From positions 32,001-96,000 of the IMG/VR virus record IMGVR_UViG_2622736592_000004: a stretch of DNA of 64,000 nt; one strand, written 5' to 3'. The DNA is from a virus. Taxonomy: Duplodnaviria; Caudoviricetes. A program made the position numbers and the translations under genes. Below are positions 9,034-18,190 of this stretch, one piece after another. The number at the start of each line of letters is the position of its first letter. Positions within the stretch are counted from its first letter, which is position 1. Under the pieces are notes generated by a model. It was given only the letters and a program-made list of their open reading frames with translations, searched no databases and was not told the origin of the DNA.

Positions 9034-9621
9034 ATGTCACGCATGTACACCCTGTTCAGCGCGCTTGTCGGCGACGAGGCACCTCTCGGCGGCGTGGAAC
9101 TCGCCGAGGCCGGCGACAGCGGCCTGATCAGCCCGCCCGACCTGGCCCGACTGATGGACCTGCCGCAGGTACGAGAGTTCTTCACCGAGAACAACTACGG
9201 CCCCGACGCCCCGGAGGAGGTCATGTACCTCGTGGCCGGTGAGCTGGAGTCGGGACGGTTCCCGACCCTCACCATCACCCTGCCGGAGGCACCCGTGGCC
9301 ACCCTGCTCAACCTCACCCCACACCCCATCACCGTCTGCGGCACCGTTATCCCGCCGACGGGCATCATCCCGCGCCTACCCGAGCGGACTTCCCAGGTCG
9401 ACACCGTCACCTTCGAAGGCGTCGACATCCCCATCGTCGAAACCACGTTCGGGGAGAGCGCCGAGCTGCCCGACCCCACGCCCGGCACCTACCTGGTGGT
9501 GCCCGCCCGCATCGCCCTCGCCTACCCGCACCGGACCGACCTGCTCATGCCCGGTGCCGCCGAGCGCGACGGCGACGGCCGGATCGTCGGCGTCAACGCC
9601 CTCGCCCGCGTCCCCCGCTGA
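9034..9621 (+). CDS. Hypothetical phage protein with NLTPH motif
   Basis: AAGGGG RBS; LLNLTPHPI...LPDPTPGTYLVV...RTDLL.P...RDGDGRIVG; possible internal GTG 9295. Confidence 0.7.
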   Translation: MSRMYTLFSALVGDEAPLGGVELAEAGDSGLISPPDLARLMDLPQVREFFTENNYGPDAPEEVMYLVAGELESGRFPTLTITLPEAPVATLLNLTPHPITVCGTVIPPTGIIPRLPERTSQVDTVTFEGVDIPIVETTFGESAELPDPTPGTYLVVPARIALAYPHRTDLLMPGAAERDGDGRIVGVNALARVPR

Positions 9622-9644
9622 CCGGCCATTCGCGAGGAGACGAC

Positions 9645-10163
9645 ATGAGCAGGCATCTTGAGCTACTCGCCGCATGCCTTCACGACATGCGCGCCCAGGT
9701 GGGTCCGGAAGAACCCGCCACCGACCTGCTAACCCGCAAGGAGACGCGGGCCGCCGAGTACGCCGCCAAGACATTGCAGGAGCTGGGCGTCCAGGCGCGG
9801 GTCGCCAAAGCGAACTGGCTCTCCATGCGCGCCGCCCGCTGGATCGACACCGCCCTGCTGGAGGAGATGCGAAGCGTCCACAAGGAGACGTCCGAGAAGT
9901 GGAAGGAGGCGCACGAGGCGTACCGCCTGGTGGAAGAGTTGAAGGATCTGTTCTGGACCTACCGCAACCAGCGGTACCGGGGCTGGGAAACCCGCAGGTC
10001 GGAGCTGGCCGACAAGCTGCGCGACGCGCTGGCCGCCAACTCTGACCTGCGGGATGAGCACTACCTGGCGGTGCCCAGGGTGCCACAGCTGCAAGGCCCG
10101 TCAGGTGGGGTGGTCAGGGGCGACTGCCAGTACTGCGGGCCCACCCGCATCTGCGACTGCTGA
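9645..10163 (+). CDS. Hypothetical helical protein with C-terminal Cys cluster
   Basis: GAGGAG RBS; ends CQYC....CDC. Confidence 0.65.
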   Translation: MSRHLELLAACLHDMRAQVGPEEPATDLLTRKETRAAEYAAKTLQELGVQARVAKANWLSMRAARWIDTALLEEMRSVHKETSEKWKEAHEAYRLVEELKDLFWTYRNQRYRGWETRRSELADKLRDALAANSDLRDEHYLAVPRVPQLQGPSGGVVRGDCQYCGPTRICDC

Positions 10164-10182
10164 CGCCCCACCCCTGGCGCAG

Positions 10183-10217
10183 AGCGGCCCCGCCCCCACG
10201 AGGGGAGCGGGGCCGCT
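10183..10217. terminator. Hairpin terminator (T4), near copy of T1
   Basis: AGCGGCCCCGC / GCGGGGCCGCT. Confidence 0.75.
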
Positions 10218-10244
10218 TGCTGTGCGGGGATCGATCACCAAGCC

Positions 10245-10285
10245 GTGTAGACACATCTACACATCACGTGTAGACTCATCTACAT
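10245..10285 (+). promoter_or_regulatory. Leaderless promoter covered by twin operators GTGTAGA-N4-TCTACA(C/T)
   Basis: Palindromes at 10245-10262 and 10268-10285; TAGACA-N17-TAGACT; ATG at 10284. Confidence 0.8.
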
Positions 10286-10628
10286 GAGCGAGCGGCAGAT
10301 CACCCGGGACATCGCCCGATACAGCGACACCGACGAGCCGATGCACCGGTGGGCGCTCACCATCGACGGCGACACCGTCTCCGAGCTGTGGGTCGACACC
10401 ACCACCGGCGAGATCATGCAGGTCGAAACCCCCACCGAGCACCAGGGCAACGGCTACGCCACCGCCCTCTACCGGAAGGCCGCCGCCGAAATCACCATCT
10501 ACCACGCCCCCGAATCCCACCGCACCCCCGAGGGTGACCGCTTCGCCCGCTCCGTCGGCGGCGAGGCGCTGCCCTGCCAGCACGGCTGCTGCGACAACGA
10601 CAACGACTTCGACGACGAGGAGTTCTGA
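10284..10628 (+). CDS. Small GNAT-fold acetyltransferase-like protein
   Basis: VETPTEHQGNGYATALY resembles GNAT motif A. Confidence 0.6.
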   Translation: MSERQITRDIARYSDTDEPMHRWALTIDGDTVSELWVDTTTGEIMQVETPTEHQGNGYATALYRKAAAEITIYHAPESHRTPEGDRFARSVGGEALPCQHGCCDNDNDFDDEEF

Positions 10629-10987
10629 TGGCCACCGACGACCTGATGGCGTGGGCCGGCCCGGCCTGGGCCGAACTGACCGACGAGCAGCGCGACCAGC
10701 TCGCAGACGCCGCCGCCGACATCACCCAGCGGTACCCCGACCCCGACGACCAGGACGACCGCGACGCCGCCCTGTCGGCCACCGTGCAGTACCTGCTTGG
10801 CGAGACCACCGCCGACGACACCGCCCGCGCCCTGCTCGCCGCCCGACAGGCCGCCCGTGCCGCCTACGTGGCCGCCGTCCAGCACGCCGTCATGCTCCAC
10901 CGGGTCGGCGGCAGCCAGAAGAAGACCGCTGCCCTGGCCTGCGGCATCGACCGGATGACCCTCCTCAAAGCCCTAGGCGAGCGGTGA
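10628..10987 (+). CDS. Small protein with C-terminal HTH (cassette repressor/antitoxin-like)
   Basis: QKKTAALACGIDRMTLLKALG; TGATG coupling. Confidence 0.7.
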   Translation: MATDDLMAWAGPAWAELTDEQRDQLADAAADITQRYPDPDDQDDRDAALSATVQYLLGETTADDTARALLAARQAARAAYVAAVQHAVMLHRVGGSQKKTAALACGIDRMTLLKALGER

Positions 10988-11760
10988 GCCAGAACGAGTG
11001 GCTGCGCCGCCTACGCCGCGCCGGAACGGCAGTCACCGCAGCCAGCGCGGCCAGCGACGAAGCGTTCGCGCACCTCGATGCCACGGTCCGCGCCGCACGC
11101 CAGGCAGGGCGCACCGTGGCGCACCTAGTGACCGTGACGGGCCTAAGCAAAGCCCGAATCGACGAGGCCATCGCGGCCAGCGACCCCGAGGACGACCTGC
11201 CAAGCAGCGACACCGCCCTGCGGATCGCCGCATACACCGCCGCCGCCGCAGACGCCAACTACCTTGCCTGCCGTGGCCGCCGAGACGCGCTCATGCTCCA
11301 AGCCGGCATGGAAGGGCTGACGTACTCGGCGATCGCCGCTGCGGCGGGCACCTCCCGCCGGTACGAGTGGCAGCTACGCACCGGACGCCTCGACATTGAC
11401 AGGCGGTCGCCACGGCAAGACGTGTTCGAAGGGGCCGGCATGGAGGCATACCGGGCCACCGAGAACGCGCGGCTGCGATCCCGCCGGCAAGCGGTAGAAG
11501 CCGGGCTGCCGGTGCAGATCACGCACGGACTGTACGGCTACCGCCACGGATGCCGGTGCGACGTGTGCGCGGAGGCGCGGCGCGGCGTCCAGACGGGCGA
11601 CGTGGCCGTCAGCCACGGGCTCGACGGCTACCGCCACGGCTGCCGATGTGAGGTGTGCACGGCCAAGAACGCCAGCTACCACCGTGACTGGCGTCGCCGC
11701 CGGTCAAGCACAGTGCGGGTACTCCCTCCGCAGAGAGGGGAACCGCGATGGGAGGGGTAG
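10984..11760 (+). CDS. Double HTH-like protein with two HGxxGYRHGCRCxxC Zn motifs
   Basis: GTGA overlap; tandem HGLYGYRHGCRCDVC / HGLDGYRHGCRCEVC. Confidence 0.6.
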   Translation: MSQNEWLRRLRRAGTAVTAASAASDEAFAHLDATVRAARQAGRTVAHLVTVTGLSKARIDEAIAASDPEDDLPSSDTALRIAAYTAAAADANYLACRGRRDALMLQAGMEGLTYSAIAAAAGTSRRYEWQLRTGRLDIDRRSPRQDVFEGAGMEAYRATENARLRSRRQAVEAGLPVQITHGLYGYRHGCRCDVCAEARRGVQTGDVAVSHGLDGYRHGCRCEVCTAKNASYHRDWRRRRSSTVRVLPPQRGEPRWEG

Positions 11761-12197
11761 CCACCCTGGAACATGGGCAGCAGGAGTACGCGTGGCTGCT
11801 CGACGCGATCCGGGCGGACCCGTGGCTGGTGGGGCGCATGTGGGTGGACGCCGAATCCACCCCTGACGAGCTGGACCAGCCCGGCACGGTGTGGTGCGTG
11901 GCGCTGGTCGACGACGTCCCGGCGGCGTGGTGCGCGGCCACCCCCGACGCGGGCGTGCTCCGGGCGCACTCCAACTACGAGCACCCCCGCCACCGGGGGC
12001 GCGGCCTGTACGCGGCGGCGTACGCGCAGCGGCACCGCGACGTGATCCGGGCGTCGGCGCTGCCGGCGGCGACACACCTGTTCGCCCAGCCCATCGCCCT
12101 GCACGAGGCCGACGGCTGGCACTGCACTGGTGCGGAGGGGGCGGGCGAGGTGGACGGCAACTGGTGGTGGGAGCTGCGCCGCGACCCCACGGATTGA
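11748..12197 (+). CDS. GNAT-fold acetyltransferase-like protein
   Basis: YEHPRHRGRGLYAAAY motif A; LHEADGW motif B-like. Confidence 0.65.
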   Translation: MGGVATLEHGQQEYAWLLDAIRADPWLVGRMWVDAESTPDELDQPGTVWCVALVDDVPAAWCAATPDAGVLRAHSNYEHPRHRGRGLYAAAYAQRHRDVIRASALPAATHLFAQPIALHEADGWHCTGAEGAGEVDGNWWWELRRDPTD

Positions 12198-12301
12198 CGG
12201 TTGGGAACACGCTTTCCCGCGCCCGCCGACAAGAGCACCGCCCGGGGCCGCTGTCGTCTCCCGGACAGCCCCACACCGCGCCGGCCGCTACCGTGCCGGC
12301 G

Positions 12302-12625
12302 GTGCAAACCCTCACCCTCAAAGCCGGCAGCCTCGGCAACACCTGGCACGCCGCCCACATACTCCTGTCGGCCATCACCTGCGGATGGTGGCTGCCCATC
12401 TACGGCATCCACGCACTCATCTCCGTCGCCACCCGCCCCACCGTCCAGGTCAACGTGCCCGACGGGCATCGGGTCGAATACCGCAACGGCTGGCCCAACG
12501 TCCTCGGCCCCGATGAGTACCTGGAACCCCGCACCGGCCGGGAGAAGCTGCTCCGCGTCGCCGGCTACGCCTCGCCCGCGCTCATCCTGGCGGCGATCCT
12601 CGTGGGCATGAACATTCGGGGTTGA
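12302..12625 (+). CDS. Small membrane protein (possible superinfection exclusion)
   Basis: HILLSAITCGWWLPIY and C-terminal TM; TACCGT -10 at 12289-12294 suggests leaderless GTG. Confidence 0.6.
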   Translation: MQTLTLKAGSLGNTWHAAHILLSAITCGWWLPIYGIHALISVATRPTVQVNVPDGHRVEYRNGWPNVLGPDEYLEPRTGREKLLRVAGYASPALILAAILVGMNIRG

Positions 12626-12779
12626 CCCGACGCCACCTGCGGGTACCCCGTCGGTGTGGATCGTGAGCATTGGCGGGCGCTCGCGGCACGGCACAGCCGA
12701 TGCGACGTCGAGCCCCGCCGCTGCCGCGACTGCCACGCCCTGTACCCGTGCTTCTACCGCCTGCGCGCAGACAGGGAAC

Positions 12780-12957
12780 TCACGCCGCCCGACGGCTAGC
12801 CTGCTCCCGCTGTACCGGGACACGGCCGTCACCGGACCGCTCCCACACGTCGGCCAGCATTAGCAGCGCCCGACGCCGCTCATCCCGGGCCGCCTCAACC
12901 TCGGCGTGGGTGCGCCTGCGGCACGCCTCCACCGCCGCCCGCAACCAATCCCACATG
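12780..12957 (-). CDS. Hypothetical small protein (start approximate)
   Basis: MWDWLRAAVEACRRR... within ORF 12780..13022. Confidence 0.35.
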
Positions 12958-13079
12958 CCAATCCCCCGATCTTTGTCCCACAACAAGCATCCACCGTCGA
13001 TGCCACGGGCACCGCATTCCACCTGGGCGAATCCCGGCGACGATCGACGCCCGCCACCATCCGATCAACGCAAGAAAGG

Positions 13080-13147
13080 GGGCCGCCCCACCCCGTCTGT
13101 GGCCCGCGTGGCGGCAGGGCGTGACAGACAGTGGGGTGGGGCGGCCC
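13080..13147 (-). terminator. Late-operon terminator downstream of holin
   Basis: GGGCCGCCCCACCCC 15-bp stem followed on minus strand by CCTTTCTT. Confidence 0.65.
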
Positions 13148-13198
13148 TGGGCGGCACCGGCGCTGGGGAGCTAGACCGGGGCCCGTCTCGGCGCAGGA

Positions 13199-13582
13199 TC
13201 AGGCGACCCGCTCGGTTGCGGTGCCGTCGATCACCCGATCGCGCACCACACCACCGGAGATCGCCGCCTGCTGCGCCCGCGTGTCCTTCAGCAGGCCGAC
13301 GTAGAAGACGACCGCGAGGCCGAAGTTCACCAGCACCGCGTACGCCGCATCCGCGAAGTTGAAGCCGACGCTCGCCTCGACGGCGACCAGCCACGCCTCC
13401 AGGAACGTCTTCACAGCGGCGACCGCGAGCAGCACCAGCCCCTTACGGAACGCCGACCACGACGTGCGCATGAACAGGGCCGCCACCAGGGGCAGCAGGA
13501 ACGTGAGCGCCAGCGACAGCACGCCCGCCAGGGTGGGGGCGAACAGGTAGGTGGGCAGCTCGGGAAGGATGACAGAATCCAT
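13199..13582 (-). CDS. Holin-like membrane protein
   Basis: Three TM segments; AGGAGG RBS; downstream of endolysin. Confidence 0.7.
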   Translation of the reverse strand: MDSVILPELPTYLFAPTLAGVLSLALTFLLPLVAALFMRTSWSAFRKGLVLLAVAAVKTFLEAWLVAVEASVGFNFADAAYAVLVNFGLAVVFYVGLLKDTRAQQAAISGGVVRDRVIDGTATERVA

Positions 13583-13675
13583 GGCCCCTCCTTGGGGTGA
13601 GTCAGTTGGAGAAGTCGGCTCGCCCGTTTACGTCGAGCCGTAATTGTTGAAGTCGGGGCCGGATACGGTGGCGTC

Positions 13676-13933
13676 ATGCCAGGTCAGCCGCAGGTACGCG
13701 AGTCCGCGTGGCTGCATGCGCCCGGCGACCCGTACGTACCACTCGCCCACGTCCGACTTGAGGAACGCATGGACGGCAGCGGCGCGTGGGACATCTACGT
13801 GTCCGACCCGGCGTCAGCACCAAGCCAGCACGCCCGCTGGCCCGACGAGGACGGGGCGCGGAGCGAACTGGAACGGCTCTACGCGGCCGGCTCGGTGGAC
13901 GGCAACTGGCGGATCACACGGTCCGACCGTTGA
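13676..13933 (+). CDS. Hypothetical protein, antisense moron in lysis cassette
   Basis: TACGGT -10 at 13664-13669, leaderless ATG. Confidence 0.55.
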   Translation: MPGQPQVRESAWLHAPGDPYVPLAHVRLEERMDGSGAWDIYVSDPASAPSQHARWPDEDGARSELERLYAAGSVDGNWRITRSDR

Positions 13934-14366
13934 CCGCAGGCGGCGACGGACGCCCCACCAGCCGCCGTAACGCCGGAATATCCGGCTCCGGCCGCCACAC
14001 CTCCGCCTGCACCGACGTCAACGTGTCCGTGAACCGGCCGACCACCTTAGTCATCCGCTCCAGGCGGCCTTCCAGTTCGGTGATCTGCGCCCGCAGCCGG
14101 GCCACATCTGCGTCAGCCTCATCGCGAATCCGCTCGGCCCGATCCTCCGACTCTCGCGCTTCCTTTCGGGCGGCCTGCTCGCTGGCCTGCAACTGGTTCG
14201 CCCACTGCAACATGGCGTCGCGTCGGGACGCCCTGCCGGCGACCCGGTTGGTGATGGCGCTGACGACGATCGCCGCAGCAGCCGAGATCAAACCGACGAT
14301 GACCGTGGTCGCATCCAACCCCGACGAAGCAGCCGAAACGATCATTCCGAGGGTGGTGGGGTCCAT
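13914..14366 (-). CDS. Membrane-anchored coiled-coil lysis-associated protein
   Basis: TM then coiled coil; AAGGA RBS. Confidence 0.65.
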   Translation of the reverse strand: MDPTTLGMIVSAASSGLDATTVIVGLISAAAAIVVSAITNRVAGRASRRDAMLQWANQLQASEQAARKEARESEDRAERIRDEADADVARLRAQITELEGRLERMTKVVGRFTDTLTSVQAEVWRPEPDIPALRRLVGRPSPPAVNGRTV

Positions 14367-14776
14367 GCTGGTTGTCCTTTGCTGGTGACCGGCTCTGGCC
14401 AGCCCGCGATCAACCACACACACATCGCGAACGAACCCCACACCACCGCCGACACCCAGCCATCCGGCACATCGCCGAGGACCCAGCCCGACAGGTACAG
14501 GGAAAACCAGAGAACCTTGATGCCGATGGCGGCGGTGAACGCCACCCTGTCGCAGTTCCGCACCGACCCCAGGGCGCAGACGACAGCGATGGCGATCCAT
14601 AACACAGCCCACGGCCACAACGGGAGGATCCCGTGCAGCCAGGCGTAGAACGGCTGGGCGTCAGGGCTGGCAGAGGCGAGGCGCAGCCCGTACGCGACGT
14701 CGAGGGCGGCGAACACCAACAGGGCGGTGCCTCGCCGGCCGACCTTGTGGTGAAGCCGTGCGACCGCCCTACCCAT
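14342..14776 (-). CDS. Four-TM membrane protein (lysis cassette)
   Basis: Four hydrophobic segments; coupled to endolysin stop. Confidence 0.7.
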   Translation of the reverse strand: MGRAVARLHHKVGRRGTALLVFAALDVAYGLRLASASPDAQPFYAWLHGILPLWPWAVLWIAIAVVCALGSVRNCDRVAFTAAIGIKVLWFSLYLSGWVLGDVPDGWVSAVVWGSFAMCVWLIAGWPEPVTSKGQPAWTPPPSE

Positions 14777-15720
14777 CAGGACGGGGTGTTGTCGTCGACC
14801 CGGCCGGTGAAGGTGAACGTGGCCGGCAGCACGAGCTGCCCGGACGGACCCTGCGGGCCAGGGTCACCCTTCGGCCCCTGCGGACCCGCCGGCCCCTGAG
14901 GCCCCTGCGGGCCGGCAGGACCCGGCTGACCGGCACCGCCGTACCGCTTCGCCATACACATCTGCAACTGCACGTGACCCCACGGGTCGTACTTGTCGCC
15001 GGACGTCGCGGAACTGCCGACGCTCTTACGCATCCGCAGCACCGCAGCCGACGTGCCCTTCCCGTACTTGCCGTCCTCAGCCCCGGCCTCGAAGCCGAGG
15101 TAGTTGAGGGCGACCTGGAGGGCCTTCACGTGCTGGCCCTCATCGCCGATCTCGCAGAGCATCAGCATCCCTCCTGCTGTCGAAGTTGTGAGCCCGATGT
15201 ACGCCAGGTAGCGGCGAAACACGGGGGTCAGATCAGTGCCAGCCTTCGTGACATCCCGGAATACGCTGGCGTGCGTGTGGGACAGGTGCGACGTGTCGCC
15301 GCTCGACCGCCGCTTGAGCCGATCCCACCGCTTGACCGTCGAGCCGTCGGGGCTGTAGATGACCTCGCGGATCCACAAGGTGTCCGGTGCGCCCGCCTCA
15401 CACTCACCGACCAGCCACACGCTGAACGTGCGCAGGTTGTGCGTCTTGCCGTTGATGGTGACGCTGAACCAGCCGACATCCAGGGCCGACGCGTAGTCGC
15501 TCAGGCCCGTCTTGTCCCGCGACGACTCGACCACCGAGTAGTCGTTGGTCACCACCCGGTCAGAGCCGCAGTGGTATCCGCCCCGGTGTGCGTCGTCGGC
15601 GACGATGCCGACCTCGTTGGGTTCGAGGTCCGCCGACCGGGCTGTGCCTGGGTCCATGTCCAGATGCGTGAGGAGCAGGGAGCGGACCTGCATCAGGTTG
15701 GCTGGTGCGCGGGTCACCAC
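14776..15720 (-). CDS. Endolysin: Zn-peptidase-like domain, peptidoglycan-binding domain, collagen repeat
   Basis: GYH...ASALD...HTH motifs; VKALQVALNYLG...DGKYGKGTSAAV; (GPx)n. Confidence 0.8.
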   Translation of the reverse strand: MVTRAPANLMQVRSLLLTHLDMDPGTARSADLEPNEVGIVADDAHRGGYHCGSDRVVTNDYSVVESSRDKTGLSDYASALDVGWFSVTINGKTHNLRTFSVWLVGECEAGAPDTLWIREVIYSPDGSTVKRWDRLKRRSSGDTSHLSHTHASVFRDVTKAGTDLTPVFRRYLAYIGLTTSTAGGMLMLCEIGDEGQHVKALQVALNYLGFEAGAEDGKYGKGTSAAVLRMRKSVGSSATSGDKYDPWGHVQLQMCMAKRYGGAGQPGPAGPQGPQGPAGPQGPKGDPGPQGPSGQLVLPATFTFTGRVDDNTPS

Positions 15721-15742
15721 ATCACCTCCGAGATGTTGCCGG

Positions 15743-17215
15743 TCACGCGGTCATGTCCCACGTGATGGAGTCCAGCCACACCGACTGGCCCGACGTAAGG
15801 CTGTTGCCGAGGGTGATCTCACCGTTCGTGGCGATCTGGAGTTGCGTGCCGCCGCCCGTGTACCGGGCGATCGTCGTCACCGCCGCGAGCGGCCGATGCG
15901 CGGTCGTCGGGATGACCGCGACCACCGCCCCCGACGACACCGCCCCAGTCGCGGTCAAGGTGCCCCGCAACCTTCCGTTGTCGCCTCCTCGATCCAGCCG
16001 GGACGCCGCCGCCTTCGTGCCCAGCGCCATGTTGGTGCCCGCCGTCAGGTTCACGAACGACGTGGGGGCAGCGGACCCTCCCGCCGAACCGGTCGTCCAC
16101 GTGCCCGGGGTTCCGCCAGCCGTGCACAGGTAGACGGCACCCGCAGAGTCGAGCACCACGTCACCGGTCGTCCACGTGCCCGACGTCGGTGCCCCCGTCG
16201 TGGCGCGCTGCCCCCGCCAGTTGATCGCGGTCAAGCTGTTGTAGGAGCCGCCCGCGCGGACACCGAGCAGGCCGGCGAGGACACGGGTGGCCACAATCCA
16301 GCCGGGCTGGGTGGAGTGGGCGGTGCCGTACGCCCCCAGTAACGGTTCGCGGTTCGCGGTGACGCTCGGGTTGGTGCTGAGCTCGAAGAACCGGCCGGTC
16401 GACGGCCCGCCCTGGTTCTCGTAGAACTCGAAGAACCTGCCGCCGATCCGGTTGTTGGTCGACGGGGCCCCGCGCACCTCGCCGTTGCCGTTCGCCCAGA
16501 ACGTCTTGACCGCAGCCCCACCCGAGGTGGTCGAGAAGAATTGCAGGGTGTCCGGGTTGTTGTCGCCCGACGAATACGCCATCTGCATCCGCAGCCACGG
16601 GTTACCGGACTGGCCCTGCGTCGGATCCGGTGCCGTCGCCGCCTGCCCCACATATGCGCCACCCACCTTTGGTGGGTTGAGCAGCAGCGCGCCGGCCACC
16701 TGCGACGGCGACAGCAGCGTGAACTGGCCGCCCGACCATCCGATCACCGTGCCATCCACGCGGGCACCCAGAGCACCAGCAGACACATCGGAAAGGTTGG
16801 CCAGGCCAGTGGAGTGCGGGTTGAGGGACGCCGCATGCGCCGCCAGAGCAGCCGCGTTGTCGGCGGCCTGCTGCCCGACCTGCTGCAACCGGGAACCCAG
16901 GACGCCGACCAGCCGCACCCGAGGGCCACCACCTGCGGACGCCCACAGGTCAGTCACCTCATCGGGTGCCTGAAACGGCGGGATCTGACCCAGACCGCGC
17001 GTGCCAGTTCCGTCAGCAGACGTGACCATGGTGACCGGGTTACCGGCCTCATCCAGCAGGTCGGTGTACGCGACACCGCCCGTCTCCGCAGACCACACCG
17101 TGACCTGCTGCCCGCCCACCACCACCGACTGCGCGCCGGTGACCGTACCGACCGTCACCTCGTCGCCCACGGTGATCGTGTAGTCGGCGGCCCCACCGCC
17201 AAACCAGTACCGCAC
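15743..17215 (-). CDS. Minor tail/tail fibre protein
   Basis: Gly/Thr-rich; GAPTSGTWTTGD...YLCTAGGTPGTW; position after tail tip genes. Confidence 0.75.
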   Translation of the reverse strand: MRYWFGGGAADYTITVGDEVTVGTVTGAQSVVVGGQQVTVWSAETGGVAYTDLLDEAGNPVTMVTSADGTGTRGLGQIPPFQAPDEVTDLWASAGGGPRVRLVGVLGSRLQQVGQQAADNAAALAAHAASLNPHSTGLANLSDVSAGALGARVDGTVIGWSGGQFTLLSPSQVAGALLLNPPKVGGAYVGQAATAPDPTQGQSGNPWLRMQMAYSSGDNNPDTLQFFSTTSGGAAVKTFWANGNGEVRGAPSTNNRIGGRFFEFYENQGGPSTGRFFELSTNPSVTANREPLLGAYGTAHSTQPGWIVATRVLAGLLGVRAGGSYNSLTAINWRGQRATTGAPTSGTWTTGDVVLDSAGAVYLCTAGGTPGTWTTGSAGGSAAPTSFVNLTAGTNMALGTKAAASRLDRGGDNGRLRGTLTATGAVSSGAVVAVIPTTAHRPLAAVTTIARYTGGGTQLQIATNGEITLGNSLTSGQSVWLDSITWDMTA

Positions 17216-17239
17216 TATGACTCCTCAGGGGTGGGGTGA

Positions 17240-18172
17240 CTACAGGGGCCAGGACTTGCTGCCGCGTGCGATGACACCGGCGGCCATCGGCTCGTCCGCG
17301 CGGAGTTGCATGGTTCCGGAAGGCGCGAAGTGCGCGACCGCCGTCGCGCCGCCGAGCAAGTCGCACGACTCGCTCATACCGACCGTCGTTCGGTACTCGG
17401 CGGGAATCAGGAACGCTGTGGACAGCGCACCGGCGGCAACCGTGCTGCCGACCCGGTGGGTGTCCCACCTGCACCACACGGTGCCGTTCTTGGCGCGGAG
17501 CTTGATGCTCGTGGACGCGCCCGTCCATCCGGCCTCGGCGGTCAGGTCGATCCAGCCGGTGTCGCCGAGCAGCAACACCCACACGGTGCCGTTCGACTCG
17601 TAGCTGCGGCCGGTGTCCAGTTCCCGGATCCGCCGGCCCGGCTCGTGCGGGGGCCGGGTCGTGGACGTGCACAGCAGTTGCCCGTCCGACCCGACATACC
17701 AGGCCAGCGGGATGCACTGGCCGGCGTCGGTGACCGTGTCGTTGTAGGGGACCGTCACCTCAGCCAGCGGCAGTTCCCAAACGCCCGTCGAGGTGTCTTC
17801 CCCGTAGGTGGGGGATGGGGTGGTGGGGGTGGCGAGCGCCGACCCCTTCACCACGGCCAAGCCGATCGTCCACGGGTTTCGGGACAGCCGCAGCACGATC
17901 AGGTCCTTGCGGGTGGTGCCCGCCGTGCTGTTCGCATCGACGGTCAGGCTGACCTCGGTGTCGCCGGAGTCCCACCGCAGACCCCGCAGCAGCGCCGCCC
18001 GGGACGCCCGCACCTTCACCCCGAGCAGCGTCGAATCCGCATACACCAGCGGCGTCAGAGCAGGTGATCCGATGAGCCCATCCGGGGCCATCGGGTGCAT
18101 CAGGTCTTCGTACTCGCGGGGCGTTACCGCACGCGAGTTGTGGGCGGTGGTGGGGTACGCGTAGCCAGCCAT
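17240..18172 (-). CDS. Minor tail protein
   Basis: RKDLIVLRL...WELPLAEVTV; GDTGWIDLT; synteny. Confidence 0.8.
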   Translation of the reverse strand: MAGYAYPTTAHNSRAVTPREYEDLMHPMAPDGLIGSPALTPLVYADSTLLGVKVRASRAALLRGLRWDSGDTEVSLTVDANSTAGTTRKDLIVLRLSRNPWTIGLAVVKGSALATPTTPSPTYGEDTSTGVWELPLAEVTVPYNDTVTDAGQCIPLAWYVGSDGQLLCTSTTRPPHEPGRRIRELDTGRSYESNGTVWVLLLGDTGWIDLTAEAGWTGASTSIKLRAKNGTVWCRWDTHRVGSTVAAGALSTAFLIPAEYRTTVGMSESCDLLGGATAVAHFAPSGTMQLRADEPMAAGVIARGSKSWPL

Positions 18173-18190
18173 CCGCGCCTCCCCTCAGGG

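Noticed and set aside
5079-10217. Repeated hairpins as CRISPR repeats or integron attC sites
   Set aside because: Kilobase irregular spacing, no cas or integron integrase, no attC core motifs.
15743-18172. Diversity-generating retroelement target in tail genes
   Set aside because: No reverse transcriptase and no template/variable repeat pair seen.
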